A program made the translations under genes and the position numbers. 64,000 nt of DNA, from positions 25,400,299 through 25,464,298 of the forward strand of contig NC_134025.1 in NCBI RefSeq assembly GCF_964204645.1, in the 5' to 3' direction. Every line of letters begins with the position of its first letter. The first letter of the stretch is position 1. Shown in pieces: positions 1-14,300 of this stretch. The stretch is from Tubulanus polymorphus. Its lineage: Eukaryota > Animalia > Nemertea. Below the pieces are notes generated by a model. It worked only from the letters and a program-made list of their open reading frames with translations, ran no database searches and was not told the DNA's origin.

Positions 1-558
1 AAGCACGATTTTCACAACAGCATCATTATCAAACAACACAAGAATAAAAAAAATCATTCATATATGACTCACGCTCTCTGATGGAAAATATGCGGCCAAT
101 TGCAACTCATGAAAGGTTGTTCATAAAAGGATATAGATCAATGTATTTTTGGGCTAAATCCTCTGATGATATAAACCACTTATGCATGAGTAACAGGACA
201 TGTGGATATTCCGTATCAGCAGCGAGCTTTCCACCATTATCTGTAAAACAAATTAATATGATTTGTCATGACATGCGCTGGTAAAATTAGTTGAGAAGCT
301 CACTAAGCAGATGCATCTTGCTGAATACTGTCAAATTTCTTTAGCAAAACAAGCCAAGAATATTCAAGAGATTTAAAAAATACGAGCTTCAAAATGAATA
401 TGAACATGGCATTAATAAGGATAATTCACTATTTTATTTCAGTTTCAAAAAGTTATCAAATTAGACCACATAATTAGCTGTAAATTCTCATAAGGTGGAG
501 ACGCAACTTTTTTTCTTTTTTTATAAAGCATTCTTTGAAATTGCGATTAACTACTAAC

Positions 559-3500
559 CGAAGCAGTCCATATGTTTTTCTAATAATTTCTCGATGGTTG
601 CAGCTCGGACTGTACAGCCGGGTATGATAGGTCTATCCTCGGGAAGATAAACCACATCCATGCCTATTTCATTGCTTGTACCTTGACTTAACTGCGGGGA
701 AGTATTTGACGGGACCATGCGCGGAGGTATCGTGTCCATTCTCGGAAATTTCATCGCTTTCGGACTACCAGGATGATCTGAAAATTACCATTCAACATAA
801 AAAATACTTTTCAATGCAGATTGCCTAGGCTTATAAATTACATGACATTACACAAATGTAAACAACATGAAAATTGATTATATTCATTTATACAAGATGG
901 CATCTGGTCGTATGCAACTAGTTTGTATGATTTCCTTGAGATGTTAGAGTTACACAAGCATGAAATCTCTAGTGCCTCAATCTGGTCACATCTGTGCTCA
1001 AAAATCTGTCTAAATGACAAGGCGAATTTGTGAATAGATATTTTTTAAAGAATTCATTATGAAGATTACTTACATCGTTACTTGAAATAATCGTAATCGT
1101 GTGTTTAAAACTGGCGAAATTTATAGTATATTTTGTGCAAAACATATCAACTATATATGACTAAACAGATGGCCACATAATGTTCCAACGTGGTCTGTCT
1201 GTCAGCTGTATCATCAACACAATGCATGTAACATCAGCAATATCTGGTATAAATATCAATATAACACAGTCCCGTGCAATATTAATTCATTTCATCCAAC
1301 GCATGGGCATCAAGTTCAGAACCATTCTAATTTAACAATGATAGCCGTGCATGCTCCATTAATTAGAGCTAATGTAATGGTCTCTGGGAAATTGCTGTAA
1401 AAATTTATGAGTGGTAATGCTGATCAGAAATAAACAAACCATTCCACCTAATTGAGATAACACACAGCTACTTTAATGCATATATGAATTGCAAAACAAA
1501 TTTTGAAATATGAATTCTTTTTTGTACGGAATAAAACAGTGTTCAGCGATGATGTAACCAGACGCCATTTGACAATTTTGGCCGATACCTGAATGGCGAC
1601 CAATTTTCTCATCTTGACTGGATGAACGAAGCGATCTCAGAGGACTTCCAATTCGTTGTCTGGATATTTTAGGACTGTTCGATTTGGAATTATTGCCTCC
1701 ATGAATCGGCTGATGTTTTGGGCTACCAGACATATTTACATGCCCTGTAAGAGTGAAAGAATGAAAATCGTTACCAGTAACAATATTTGACTCACGTCCG
1801 TCAAAGCTTCATAAAAAAGAAACAATTTCAACGTTCATTAGTTCTAACGTCAATGTCTATGACTCCTCCCTAATCATGACCAGCAGGCCTATACATATAC
1901 TTCCAATGTCACATTTAAGTACTAATGTCTGGCCACTACACAAAACTTATATATACAAAATGAATTATATACCAACTCCGCAAACAATTTTGCACACATC
2001 CTCTGTCCAATTAGGCACATTTTTAACATCCATATTATTTAAATCGGCTGGTTATAATAAACAAGCAATCTATGACATAAACCGAACATGACACGGTTTA
2101 TATATGTGTATACGTCCCTGGTTGTTTCAATAATTCTTGTGTGTGATAGAGGCTCAATGTCTTCTGAGACATATGTGACTCTATTCTCATCAGTAATTGT
2201 CCGATGTAACAGATGTTGTCAGAGAGTGTCAAAAGATTACAACTGTTATCTTGAAACCTTCAATTTGAAATGTCATTCTATAATTTCTTTCTTACTCGAA
2301 CATTCAAAATATATCAAGGTTCAAGGCTGTGAACAAGTTTTTTCAGTTGACCTTCCACACAGTTAATAATTCTGGCGTTGTGGCTGATAGGACCGATGAT
2401 GCGGTTTACAGAATTATGATTACACTTCAATAAATAAAGTAATCGAATCTAAAATATATTCACTACCCAGCGATCGAAAGGTTGGCTTCGGTTTATTCTA
2501 ATTCAACTCATTTCAAATCCTGATCTCATTTACTAAAGTTGGTGACGAAAATGAAATCAATGTAATTTCGTCTGTGTCTGCGCAATCGCACACGTACTCT
2601 ACTGTAATAAACCTAGTCCAATTTTTTTCGCACCATTTCAGTGACATGTCTTGTTAATAACCAAAAGCACAATATGCACCTGTGTAAAATTCCTAGGTGA
2701 GATACGCAGGAAATACAGAAACATCAAACGGGTTTCTTGAAACTCGATCAGTTACAGCAGACAGAGTTTCTCACATGAGCGACGCAATTTAGACAATTTT
2801 TACACTTTCTTTCAATTCATTATATTTCTGTTTCACATTTATGAAATAAATATTGCGATCAAAATGTTTCGATAAGATCTATGAATAATTCAGATAATTT
2901 AACAATGGTCGACAGATATTCAATTATTGGTTGATATTCACCTATTCCTATAAACATTACGAAATAAATGCCATATGCTGCAACTACCCGAGATTTATTG
3001 ACATTCACAAAAACAAATATGGATGTAATTATCCAAATAAACGAAATGATTCTCACACAGAAACCCGCAGTCAAATATGCATCACTGTTTCATGCTTGAA
3101 TTCAAATGCAGTGACACAACAGCATCAAATAGGTAGCCTGAAACCTAATTGAAATTCCAAAATATGGCAACAGTGCCCGATACGAAGAAAAAACTGATAC
3201 TTGCTATAATTGAATTCTTCATTCTCAAATTCAGTGTTGGTGCACTATTCTAGAAGACTTAGCAGACAAAAATGTAATAAGTGATAGTATTACTCAGCGT
3301 TATATACGATGGTGTAGTTTGATAAGACTGGAGTCCCGAATACAAATCTAATATAGCTGTAATAGCTGTTCATAGTAGAGAATATAACCGTGCAGCTGTT
3401 TTGATATCGGAGATTTCTCATTTATAATCACAACTTCAACTGCTGCACACATGGAGACATCAATAATCTATTGATAATCAGTGAATCGCCATTCTCCATA

Positions 3501-4333
3501 TCTGAATTGTTTTCACTTTAGGAAAAACTACATGAAGTCTTCCACCTCAAGATTTTAGAGTTTTTTTTCCATGTAACGAACAGGAATTTGCTCGAAAAAC
3601 TAATTCCCGCATTACGTCGCAGCCGGCTTAATCATGTTTGTTATTATCTTTCAGTTTAGCTTTCTAAATTTGTAGAAAAACACTTTTGCTCGTGATGTTT
3701 TATATCCGCTGAGATGAAATTAAAATGTCAATTGATGAATGATGTTGCAGTGAAATGCTGTCACAGTGCACTGAAGTGAATCTTCTCTGGATTAATAGCG
3801 CAATATTTATAGTCGACCTTCATCAAAGAATCAATGGTTCTTCCATCTAAATTTTCCCGATCATGAGGCAGCTGGGCCGGGCATGCTAGGACAGAAATGT
3901 AGGGATGGTACCGGTACATAAATGATGGCGAAGTGCGAGAATATCTTTAGAGACACCATGGCAAAAGTTAAAGAGATGAGATAAATTGCTCTGTCCTTAT
4001 ATATTTTAGGGGAACTCATTTCCGTATCAACTTTTTATATATTTCCAAATTTTTAAAAAGTTTATTAAAAAAACTTAAAGGCGAACTGGGTTTAGCATAC
4101 GAGTCTTTCCCTCACTTTGGATTATCATTCTATACCATAGACTATAAAACTGGATTTAGCATATGCACTTATAGGTATACATAATGAGTGTCCAATTGAA
4201 ATGACAACCCCCTTCCAGGTTATTACTGAGAAACCTCTGAGTATCATCTACGCATCTTACCGACCGCGCGAGCCAAGAGTTCGTGGACATTTAGGTCTAA
4301 TGTCACTGCTTTTGTTGCAATTGACTTGCGCAT
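559..4333 (-). CDS. RASGRP: RasGRP-like Ras guanine-nucleotide exchange factor, 5' coding exons (gene continues left of the window)
   Basis: Three phase-1-compatible exons, 4333-4261 (MRKSIATKAVTLDLNVHELLARAV), 1744-1589 and 777-559, join in frame with GT/AG sites. The last reads ...CTVRAATIEKLLEKHMDCF|, resembling the start of the RasGRP REM domain (KGASLDDLIDSCIQSFD). Only the REM start is visible, so the subfamily call is tentative. Confidence 0.6.
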
Positions 4334-4755
4334 TGATGGTCCTCAAGCATGGATTAGCACACTGACTCCCATGAGCCTGGATAGTTGTGCAACACATTGA
4401 TCGACCAGTACCAAGCATACCACCGCAAAAGCGTTAATGATAAATCCTGAAACTCTGCTATGATAATGCACAATGTTTCTCATCACCGAGCCACTAATAC
4501 GCACTGCCATACAAATCGTCCTATTAAATGCGATTTGGTTGCGTGGTTTAAACCAATACACCACCTTCGCATAAACCGATATGAGGGGGCATATTTCGGC
4601 GTTGCCTAGCAACAAAATCAATACCCTGATCTCTCCTCATTTCAATATTTCGAGCAATTCTCCTATCTTGACTCAATCCCGGCGGAGAAGTCCCGACTAC
4701 ATATGCTGAATAATAAAAAGATTCAGAGAAACCATGCACACTTAATCAGCGATAC

Positions 4756-4861
<106 letters not shown>

Positions 4862-7800
4862 CTATTTGTTAGAAACTCTGGAATTGAAACAAATATGATA
4901 GACATTACAACAACATCATTATCAACTTCAATTCAATTAACAGGATTGTTTCAATTAATTTGGATGAATTATTACATCGTTCAGTATACGATGAAATATT
5001 ACCACTTCACGATGGTAACTCATTAAGCCATTTACGTTTAAGTGAGGAGATCCAGTATACTTAGAAATTCCAGCCATGTCGGAGAATCTTATGCATACAG
5101 ATGCCTGCAGTTTGCGAATGGCCTAATGTTTTTAAAAATAGTATTTTGAAAACTGCTGTTCTGGCAGCACTGAAAATAAAGCCGCTCCATTGAGTTAGTT
5201 TTAGTACTTCTCCAGGCCCATGTTCCAGTTGACAGAAAATGATTGAAACAACCAAGAACTGCCAGTATCTATATGTTTTACTAATACAATGCTCTTTTGC
5301 AATGTTTTAAAACCCATGCTTCCCGTTACTTCATACTAAAGATAATGATAAGAAAATGTATTCATGGAATATTACCGTAGGGCCTATTAGCGAGGAATCC
5401 TGCTAATTATTATCACTGGTAGATGATGACAGAGAAACAACGTTTCGAAGCTCAAACGAATGATAGAATTTTTGAAAAATATCTTTTCATAGCTACTTCA
5501 CCAGCGATGCAATGTCACAGTTAAGAGGATTAATTGCAGGCAAAGTTCCTCCCACAAAATGAGTTGATTCGACTCCCAATCTTTTGAATTTCTCTCTTAA
5601 TTTCACGAACATATGCCCTATTTCCTACTTTATACCTATTCATTAACGGAGGCTATAATTTGATCTCTAGTTTCTGACAATTCAACTATGACAAGAAATG
5701 ATAATCATAGACCAATGTAAATGAATCTATTATATTCAAATCTGAGGATAATGATCACAAAATTCGAACACAGAAATCATTATTGATGCCTTTCACTTTG
5801 TCAGAAGTAGAATTATGCCACATAATCCACCTCATTCTTTGACATTCTTTTGTTCGACTTAGAGAGAACGAAACAATCCATCCCAGTTAATCCCCATATG
5901 GGCACAAGACTGGCCACAGTCCAGCCACATGGACCCACTGTGTTCACACACTTGGTCATGAGGGCAATTATCTTTGAAAAGGAAGCCATTCATTATAGGC
6001 ATTGTTTAGAACAACAGTTCTATTTGACATCATCAACTCTGACATTTGCATGGGTGACTACAATTTAGGTGAGTTTGTTTGAGATTAGGAAAAAACTCGA
6101 GATTGAAAAACTTTTACCATAGATTTCAATATCGTCGAGGATTTGTCTTAATAATTGTAACACAATGCATAACTGTAGAATACATAGGTATGGACAAAGA
6201 TCTCAGATATCCGCAATAAGAAGCAAAGAATCTCTTCATCATTTCTGCCCAGAAATAATCAAGTCTATTACGAAATTCCTCATGAGGCACGGAAGCGCAT
6301 TGGGACTCGGTTTTGTGAATAGAATCTTGATTGCCAATAACTGATCAACTAATGCAAATCACTTATTAGAAATGATATACATACTGTCTAGACAGATAAA
6401 TCAGCGTCAAGACAAAGTGAGCAAATGAAATGCATCAGTGAAACAAGATTGGCCACAATCATTTCCTGGAAAGAAACCGTTCTGTTTACATATGAATAAT
6501 GTAATGATTATTTCGGAATACCCTTGTCAAATGATTTCTAGTAACAACAATATGATTCTGAATAACTGAATAAACTAATGATTTGGTCTGCGGTTTAGGT
6601 TTGAGACATAATCAGTCATATGAATATGACAATTCATTCATTGAATCATATTCCTTTCTAATAATTGACAATGCGCCGAGCCTTAATGTCATCATTGTCG
6701 TCATTGTAACAAATTCTCAATACTTTTGATGCTACCTATCAGTCTGGAGTGATGTTCCAAGTGTCGAGTAGAGGAAAATGACTTGAAAATCTCATTAGCT
6801 ACAGGTGTAATTCAATTACCTGACATCAGCTTGAGTTACAGGCCTGATGGAATATATATCGCGTATCGAAAACTCGCTTTCACTAATTAATGACAATTCT
6901 ATTTTACGATACACAATGATATCACGTGTACATACACGTTGTCTACGAAGTGTTTATCTCCCGTAAAATGAAGCTATTTCTTAAATGAATTATCGGGTTT
7001 AGATGACACCGTTCACATCCCGTGGGAAGATTTATGATAAAATGCCCCCAAGAAACCGACCTTTAATCAAATCGCGTGCTTGTTTCACAGTTTGCAATGT
7101 TGTGATGGCAGCAGTAATGTACGTCACACCTTACAGTGATGGAGCAGCACCTTCTCCATCACAGAACGGTAACATCCCCCAAGGTATCCCATTTTGCATC
7201 TTTCACTGATTGATATGTACAGACTATAGCCAATCTTGCGCGACTGCTAAGTTCAACTTGAGTGATTCCTGATGACCAAATTACCATGGCAACATCACAA
7301 AGAAAATACTTGGTCCCAATCAATTGCCATCAGAACTATACATCAATAAAAAGACGTTTCTAAATATAGAAACATGAAAACTGACTTTGCGTCATTCGTC
7401 ATTTGTTTTGTTTGGTCGTGAATACCTCCACAGTGAGACAAGCATCAGGCCGGCGATTACTAAAGATATACAATATTTTTCAAAACATCAACCCCATGCC
7501 TATCTTCTGTTCCATTATTCATTTTCGACGCCAATCTCAGAATAACTTGAACATGAACTTCATCCAAATAACAGACATCACTTAACAACAATCTTGTTAC
7601 AGTTCACATTTATATACATATTTTCGATAAAAAAATTAAAGCTAATCTTTTTTCTGAGTACAGTAAGCTATTCACTCGGGAAATAAAACTGTATACATGC
7701 TTTTCACCGCTGACAAATATAATTTCTGATCGCTGAGTTGGTCCTGCGTTATCCTTGAGATATGGTCCGGATTGACGACCAGTTTCCAATATTCTCTAAG

Positions 7801-10800
7801 AAAAATTCATCGATGCGTAAAATACAACAAACAATAAGAAACTTGCCAGCTATGAAGAGGCATTTTAATTGGGATATGGGCTCTGCCATCTTGTAATGTC
7901 AGCTTCAGGCTTTATTTGAACAAGTTGTTTGCGTGCTGTAGCGATGTAGTAAAAGATCTTAAAGGCTAAGGCAGTGCACAAGTCGGCTCTTGTTGCCAGC
8001 GATTAATGACTTTCTTGATTTTCAGAAGCATGCTCAAAAAGAGACCATTCAGATTTTCCGTCATTAGAAATTGGAAGACAAATAAACTCTTTGTGGCATA
8101 TCCATATCGGTGTGGATACTGATTACAACTTCATTACCTTATCTAGCAGTTTTCATATCATCTTGTTGTAGTCTAAAATGATATGAAAACAGCTCAATAC
8201 ACTGTAAGTTTCAGACAAGAGAATATGGGGGGCCATCATTCGCAAATGTTGATCCTTGGAGTAATTATCTTGTCAACATGATTACTCCGAGGTAGAACCA
8301 AACACATGCAGTGATGTACCATGGTCTAAGAACATTCCTTCTATACAGAAAACAGCTATATAGAAGGTTTAAAATCATAACTTGCCAAAACTCATTCATC
8401 TTAAACCCTCTTGGCTACAGCCGAGCATGAAGACGCAGCTTTAAGAAAAAGCCACGTGTAAATGATGGTCGCTGTTCCCATATCGCATTGTCCAGAATTT
8501 TCAAACATGAGCTTGACTAGCATGAAAGTCGGGACAGATGGCAATCCAAAAATGAAAGCCCAGCAGCGATGGTCAGCAAGACACACTTCCTCGATGTAGC
8601 ACGAGACACATTGCAATTTCCCATTGCAATTATGGTATCAATTTTCTCTCAATTCTAAAGACCATATATATCAAATGCGATAATCAAATAATGAATAACG
8701 TACAAAGACTTCATTGATACTGCGCTTTTGGCTACAAATCTTTTCGAATTGAAATTCTATATGCTATGGATGTTCCGAAGGCATTTTAAGAAATTAAAAG
8801 TTGATGAAAGAAAAATCATTGGTACCTTACCTATAAAGCAGTATTCGACGGGTCAAATGATACCCTTCACCTTGTAAAGTTCAACTGATGGTAGATAATT
8901 TATCTATATCGCGGATCAATTCTTATAACACACAAGGGGAGTCAGGAGCATATTTATTTATAAACCAGGAAGGTTGATCAAACAGGTTCAGGCTGCTAAA
9001 GAAAACTCTTTATTTATTTAACTACTGGTGCTTACCCAATAAATGCGTAATATCAAATGAGGTTTTCCCGACAAGTCCGCTGATCATGGCCGCAGTTTAC
9101 ACAACTGAAATCCTGGTGTTTACAGAATCAACTGATATCAAACCTGACTTCAAATATAAGTGGGCAGGTATAGGAAGTAATTAGAATTCAAGTTAGATGA
9201 ATATCTAAATTCATTCCACTCAAAGGCAAGACCAGACACCAATCTGTAAGGCACATACAATAGAAGCTCATCACCCAAAGCAACCATAAAATAAGGGGGA
9301 GAATTTCCTGAATGCTAAAGGAATAGAATTGGTTTCGCAAACCAATTAAACCTTTTTACAGTGGGCAATCAAATGATCATTTCCTAATCTAATTTAACAG
9401 TGAATGCCCTTTTCGTCCTGAATATTTCACACCCATTAAAACTGGAGAGAAAGCACCGGTTAAAACTAACTTCAGCAGACAATTTGCCATTGAATATGCA
9501 AGAAACCAGAAGCGTGCCTCATCATATATTAACGTCTTTCACAATTTCTGAAAATAATATATATAACCTAAAGCAATTCATTGATAGAAGAATCAATCGA
9601 TAACATCTCCATTTGATAATTGGGAAGAAAATCAATAAATTCCCTAGCTTCACCGAATCAGTCAAGTGACCTGCCATTTATTTCGCAATAACTACAGCCT
9701 ACTACTGCTGCTAAACGAAGCACAGGAAACTTGGGTATGTTTCCTATGAAATAACATTCTCGACCAACACCTGATAATAAAGAGCTCAATAGATTTCAAG
9801 GAAAAAAAATAACAGCGTTTCAAAGCCAGGGTAATACATACAGATGAACAAACATTTCTTTTGGGAAAGTTCGAACAATGTTAAAATCTTTTAGATCATC
9901 TGTAAATGCAGTATATATATATATATAGATATACACAATGTGTTTTCTTCCTCCTCGCAAATACACAAGTAACAGTCTTGTACCGATACTAATTCTAAAA
10001 ACACATTCTGGAAGCGATTACAAATTGTAGCTTGACTAATCATTCTGACTTGAAGCTTCAAGGCTAAATGACAATCTTTGCAAAATCTCTCACTTAATCC
10101 AGAAATTGTGTCGCTCGCTAGACAGTTATCTATATATCCTACTCATCGTTATCCAACAAATTCGTGGAAACCGTATTCAGTTTCTGAATAGATATCCAAA
10201 AAGAATGAGGAAGTAAATAACTACTAAATCCCCAAGGACCAATGATTTGAGTATTGTAATGCAAGTTTTTTAAGTTAACGCCACCATTAAGCAGAATTAT
10301 TTGAATATAAATGACATGAAATCTAAAGCTCCACACGAAAATTCAAAATCACCAGCTATTTCTAACCGATGTGCACTAAAGGAAAAGCAAATGACATGAA
10401 ATGTGCATTTAGATTACACATTTCAACACTATCAAGAAAGTGATGTCACTGGTATTCGAATGAGAGACATAAATAGCACTTCATATAGGAATCTGAATGA
10501 AAGTCCTACATCGATTTTCGAAATGATGAAGCGGTTTAAAATTCTATTGTATATTGTTAAGCGAGCACAAACATCTTTAAAATATTGTTTCGGTTAAGTG
10601 AAATCTGAACTAAATTTTTAACTATATTTACACTATAATTGTACAACAACACACTTTTTACCTTTCAGTAGAAAATTCCGTTTATGCAAAATCAATCAGC
10701 AACTCTTCATCAGTAGCAGTAGTAGTTTTATCAACGCGGAATGAATTTTTTCTTGTCCAGTCAGTCACATTGTGACACACCGGAGTAGTAATGCTTCCAT

Positions 10801-11316
10801 GGCAATTCCTGCTTTCACGCTACCAGCAGGTAAGAGATGTACACATACATAGCGATATTGAACACCACTGGGACCCGATACGGTAAGAATATCTATCTCT
10901 CAGACTCGCCTCGCGGTTCAAAGACTCAACAACTGCGATGACAATCCATTCCTCAACATCTTCAATGGATGGTGACGACGAGCGTAATAATCCAGAAAAG
11001 TGTAACCGCGTCTAAAAACGAGGACTTTATCCGATTCCGATAACAGCCTCTGGTTCGAGAGTGACCATTCAGAAAACGTCGCTGCAAGAGTAATAATGAA
11101 TATAGCAACTGTTTGAAGTCGTTTTTGCGGTATAATATATTGATTCTTTAATCAGATCTGTTCATTTGTAGTGATCAATCTTGCGAGACAGCCATGTTTC
11201 TGCAAATAACAGCCACTCCAGTGAGGGCTAAGAGAAAACCTGACATTCAGTTGCACCGAACTGTCATCCATGATTTAGCATTTCACTTGATATAGTTTCT
11301 TACCAATTCGTTCTAA

Positions 11317-11336
11317 AGAGAGAGAGAGAGAGAGAG
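11317..11336. repeat. (AG)n microsatellite
   Basis: About 10 AG units directly visible. Confidence 0.9.
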
Positions 11337-14300
11337 GGGGTAGAGAAAAACAATAGTTGTAAAACTACATCACCATAGAAGCATAAGCACTTACGCTTCT
11401 AGCTATGACATAACATATACATATAACAGGTATTGCATGTTGTTGAGAACAGCAAAACAGAAGCCTGCACAGATTCAAAATATCCCACTTTGATCTCAGG
11501 CTGGAACACTTGATGAGTTCAGTCAAGCGTCATACAAGGAATAGATGGGTGTGACTATTTCAAGGAATTGGGGAACATGAAAGAATTATTAGAAAAAGCC
11601 ACCTGAACATCTATAATTAAGTCTACATTATTCATCTAAGATCGGATACTGGTTACCGTATATGTTTGAAAATCAATTCTCCAAGATACTAGGAATAACA
11701 ATGATACAGCTATATCTCGACAAACCTTCATAATTTTGCTATGATACATAAACTATATATGTCCAGAAAGCAAAGACTGACCATCTTTCTGGTCATATAA
11801 ACACTTTTCATTCATTCATCTATAGAGCAATGGAAACATACATTATTTTCGATCCCAATTTCATGCTTAGAAGCTATTGTTTCAAGAATGATGTTTATCG
11901 ACAGTAGATCAAATCAGAGTGCAGTTGTTAAGTTTCTCGCTTTCACCTGGATGCTTTCTGCATTGATCTTTTCCGAGCTCATGACTAGAAAAGTGTGCGC
12001 ATGTGTGAAAATATCTACATGACTTCACTTCTAGTGGACCTCGTGCATCTTCAAATCTCACACAATCATCAATTGAAGATTACTTAATCTGTCCTCTAAT
12101 TTTACATAATTTCACAGATTTGTCAGAAAGAGGAAGAATTTTGTTTCCTCTGGCTATTGTGCTATCTATAGGAAACAATTGTTTCGCATGAGCATCCAGG
12201 TGATGTCTTGAAAACCTAGATAACCAAATGACACAAGAATGTATGAACACTTCAGACGAGCAATTTAGTTGTCTTCTAAATGGTGCAAGGGTTATTTTAG
12301 AACTGAAAAGTGCTCATGTTACCTCCAACTAATTGAAAAGTGTGATAATATGGGAGGAAATCTTATGAAATTTGTGAAGAACAGAGTGGTCTAAGTGGTA
12401 TATATCAAAGCAATTATTTACAATAACTTTCACTATATACACAACAAATCAAGCATTCATTAATTGGTGAGAATTTTATATCTCTTCAAGTTCAAATAAA
12501 AAGGTTTCATATATTTTCATCATCGCAAAATGAACATTTTCTGACACAATGAAGTTACACACATTGTGTATCGGTAATGAAACCCTGGAAAGATGGTGGA
12601 AAGATGAACGAATACTTCAATAGAATTGCAATCAAATACAGATACTGTAGCGTGAATGGACATACTATCACCAGAATCTTTGGTAATAAAAAACCATGTA
12701 ATGTGACTTCAACAGATATGGGAACAAATATAAATTTCTTGAAATTTGAGAAATGTGTAGAATGTGTATCTGTATGAAATTCGAAATAATCTGGTGTCAC
12801 AGGTATTCTATTGCCTGTAGAGATGAACCATTAAAAGTCATGTTTGTAAAACAGTTGTGCAATGATACAAAAAATAAGCAGAGTGATGAGAAAATTATAC
12901 ACAAGAAATCAATCAGCAACTGACAGTGAAGTGGATTCTATTCATCAATGATATAGCCCTCGGACAGAATAACCCTGAGGGACATATAGAACCATCATTA
13001 ATACTTCCCCAAATTTCACTATTTGCCAAGGCAACTCAAATTTAATTGGAAAATGAAAGACCACTCCAAAGATAAAAGATTTCTGCCTGATTTCTTATCT
13101 ATGTGAATGTAGGGATGGCTTTTCACACGAATTCAGAAAAGAATTAATTCAAGAAAAGAATAGATTAACGATGAAAACAAGAATTCAGTCTAGGAAGACT
13201 GATTTTTTCATTGCTGCCTGCATGCGGAATGGTAGTCTATAGAATTTGGAGCCTGTGCCCCCCACACCAGTAATGGATTAAAATTTCCGGGGGTTCGTTA
13301 ATTATAGAAAATTTCCCCAAATAACGGTAGAAATGAATTTAGACAAGCAGGATCTTATCATATTCAAATAAATATAATTTTGAAAAATTTTTAATCTTTT
13401 AGATATAAACTATGGAATTCAGAATAAATTAGCAACTAGTCCTAACTTTATATTGTTAGCTTTGTACGTTATTTTGGGGAGTAACATCCTATCATTCAAG
13501 ACACTCGGATTCACATTTCAGCTTTAGTAACAAAATATCCAACCTAGCATAAAAATTTGAGTTGACCAAACACACCTCACTGGAGAATAATTGGGAGGCT
13601 GCCTGAATGAATATAGATGACTTCAGCACTTGAAAAGTGAAATGAAGTGGTGGAATGTGCCCATTAGACCACATTAGTTGTCCCAAGGCTCAACTTCATA
13701 TAAATCGAAGTTAACTCCAATAGCCTCATAGGACTTCTTCAATCTATGAATCCATTCAACAATGCATTATGCAATAAAAACCTATTTTCTAGCTCCACGT
13801 TAATGAGGTTCTTGATGTTGACTCTTCTCATAAATTAATTCGCAAAAATCCCAATGTTTCTTCTAAATCTGTCCCAATTCTTGGTTCAATGCCGACTAAA
13901 AATACAGAACAGATGTTGGATTAAATATTGGGCGCAAAAATGTAGAGAAAGTTTAGCCTAAAGCAACTAATTAATCCCCATGAAAAGCTCAAAAGATTAG
14001 GAAACTATATGATATATAAATAACTCTATAAAGTGTAACAGATTGATTTAAAACTCTTTACACCAAAGAAACTGTTGACAGAAATGAACACCCTGAATAC
14101 AAAGGTACATATGCCCATATGTGCATAGCAAAACTGAAAATAACTGTTAGTGCATACTCAACATTAGGTACTTAGTAACTGGGCCCCAGAAACAGAAGAA
14201 AAGTATCTGATAATTGCATCATATTGCACTGACATCAGCTTATATATAATACATAGCACAGAAATGTAATAGCATGAATAGATATAAGTATTATCTTTTT

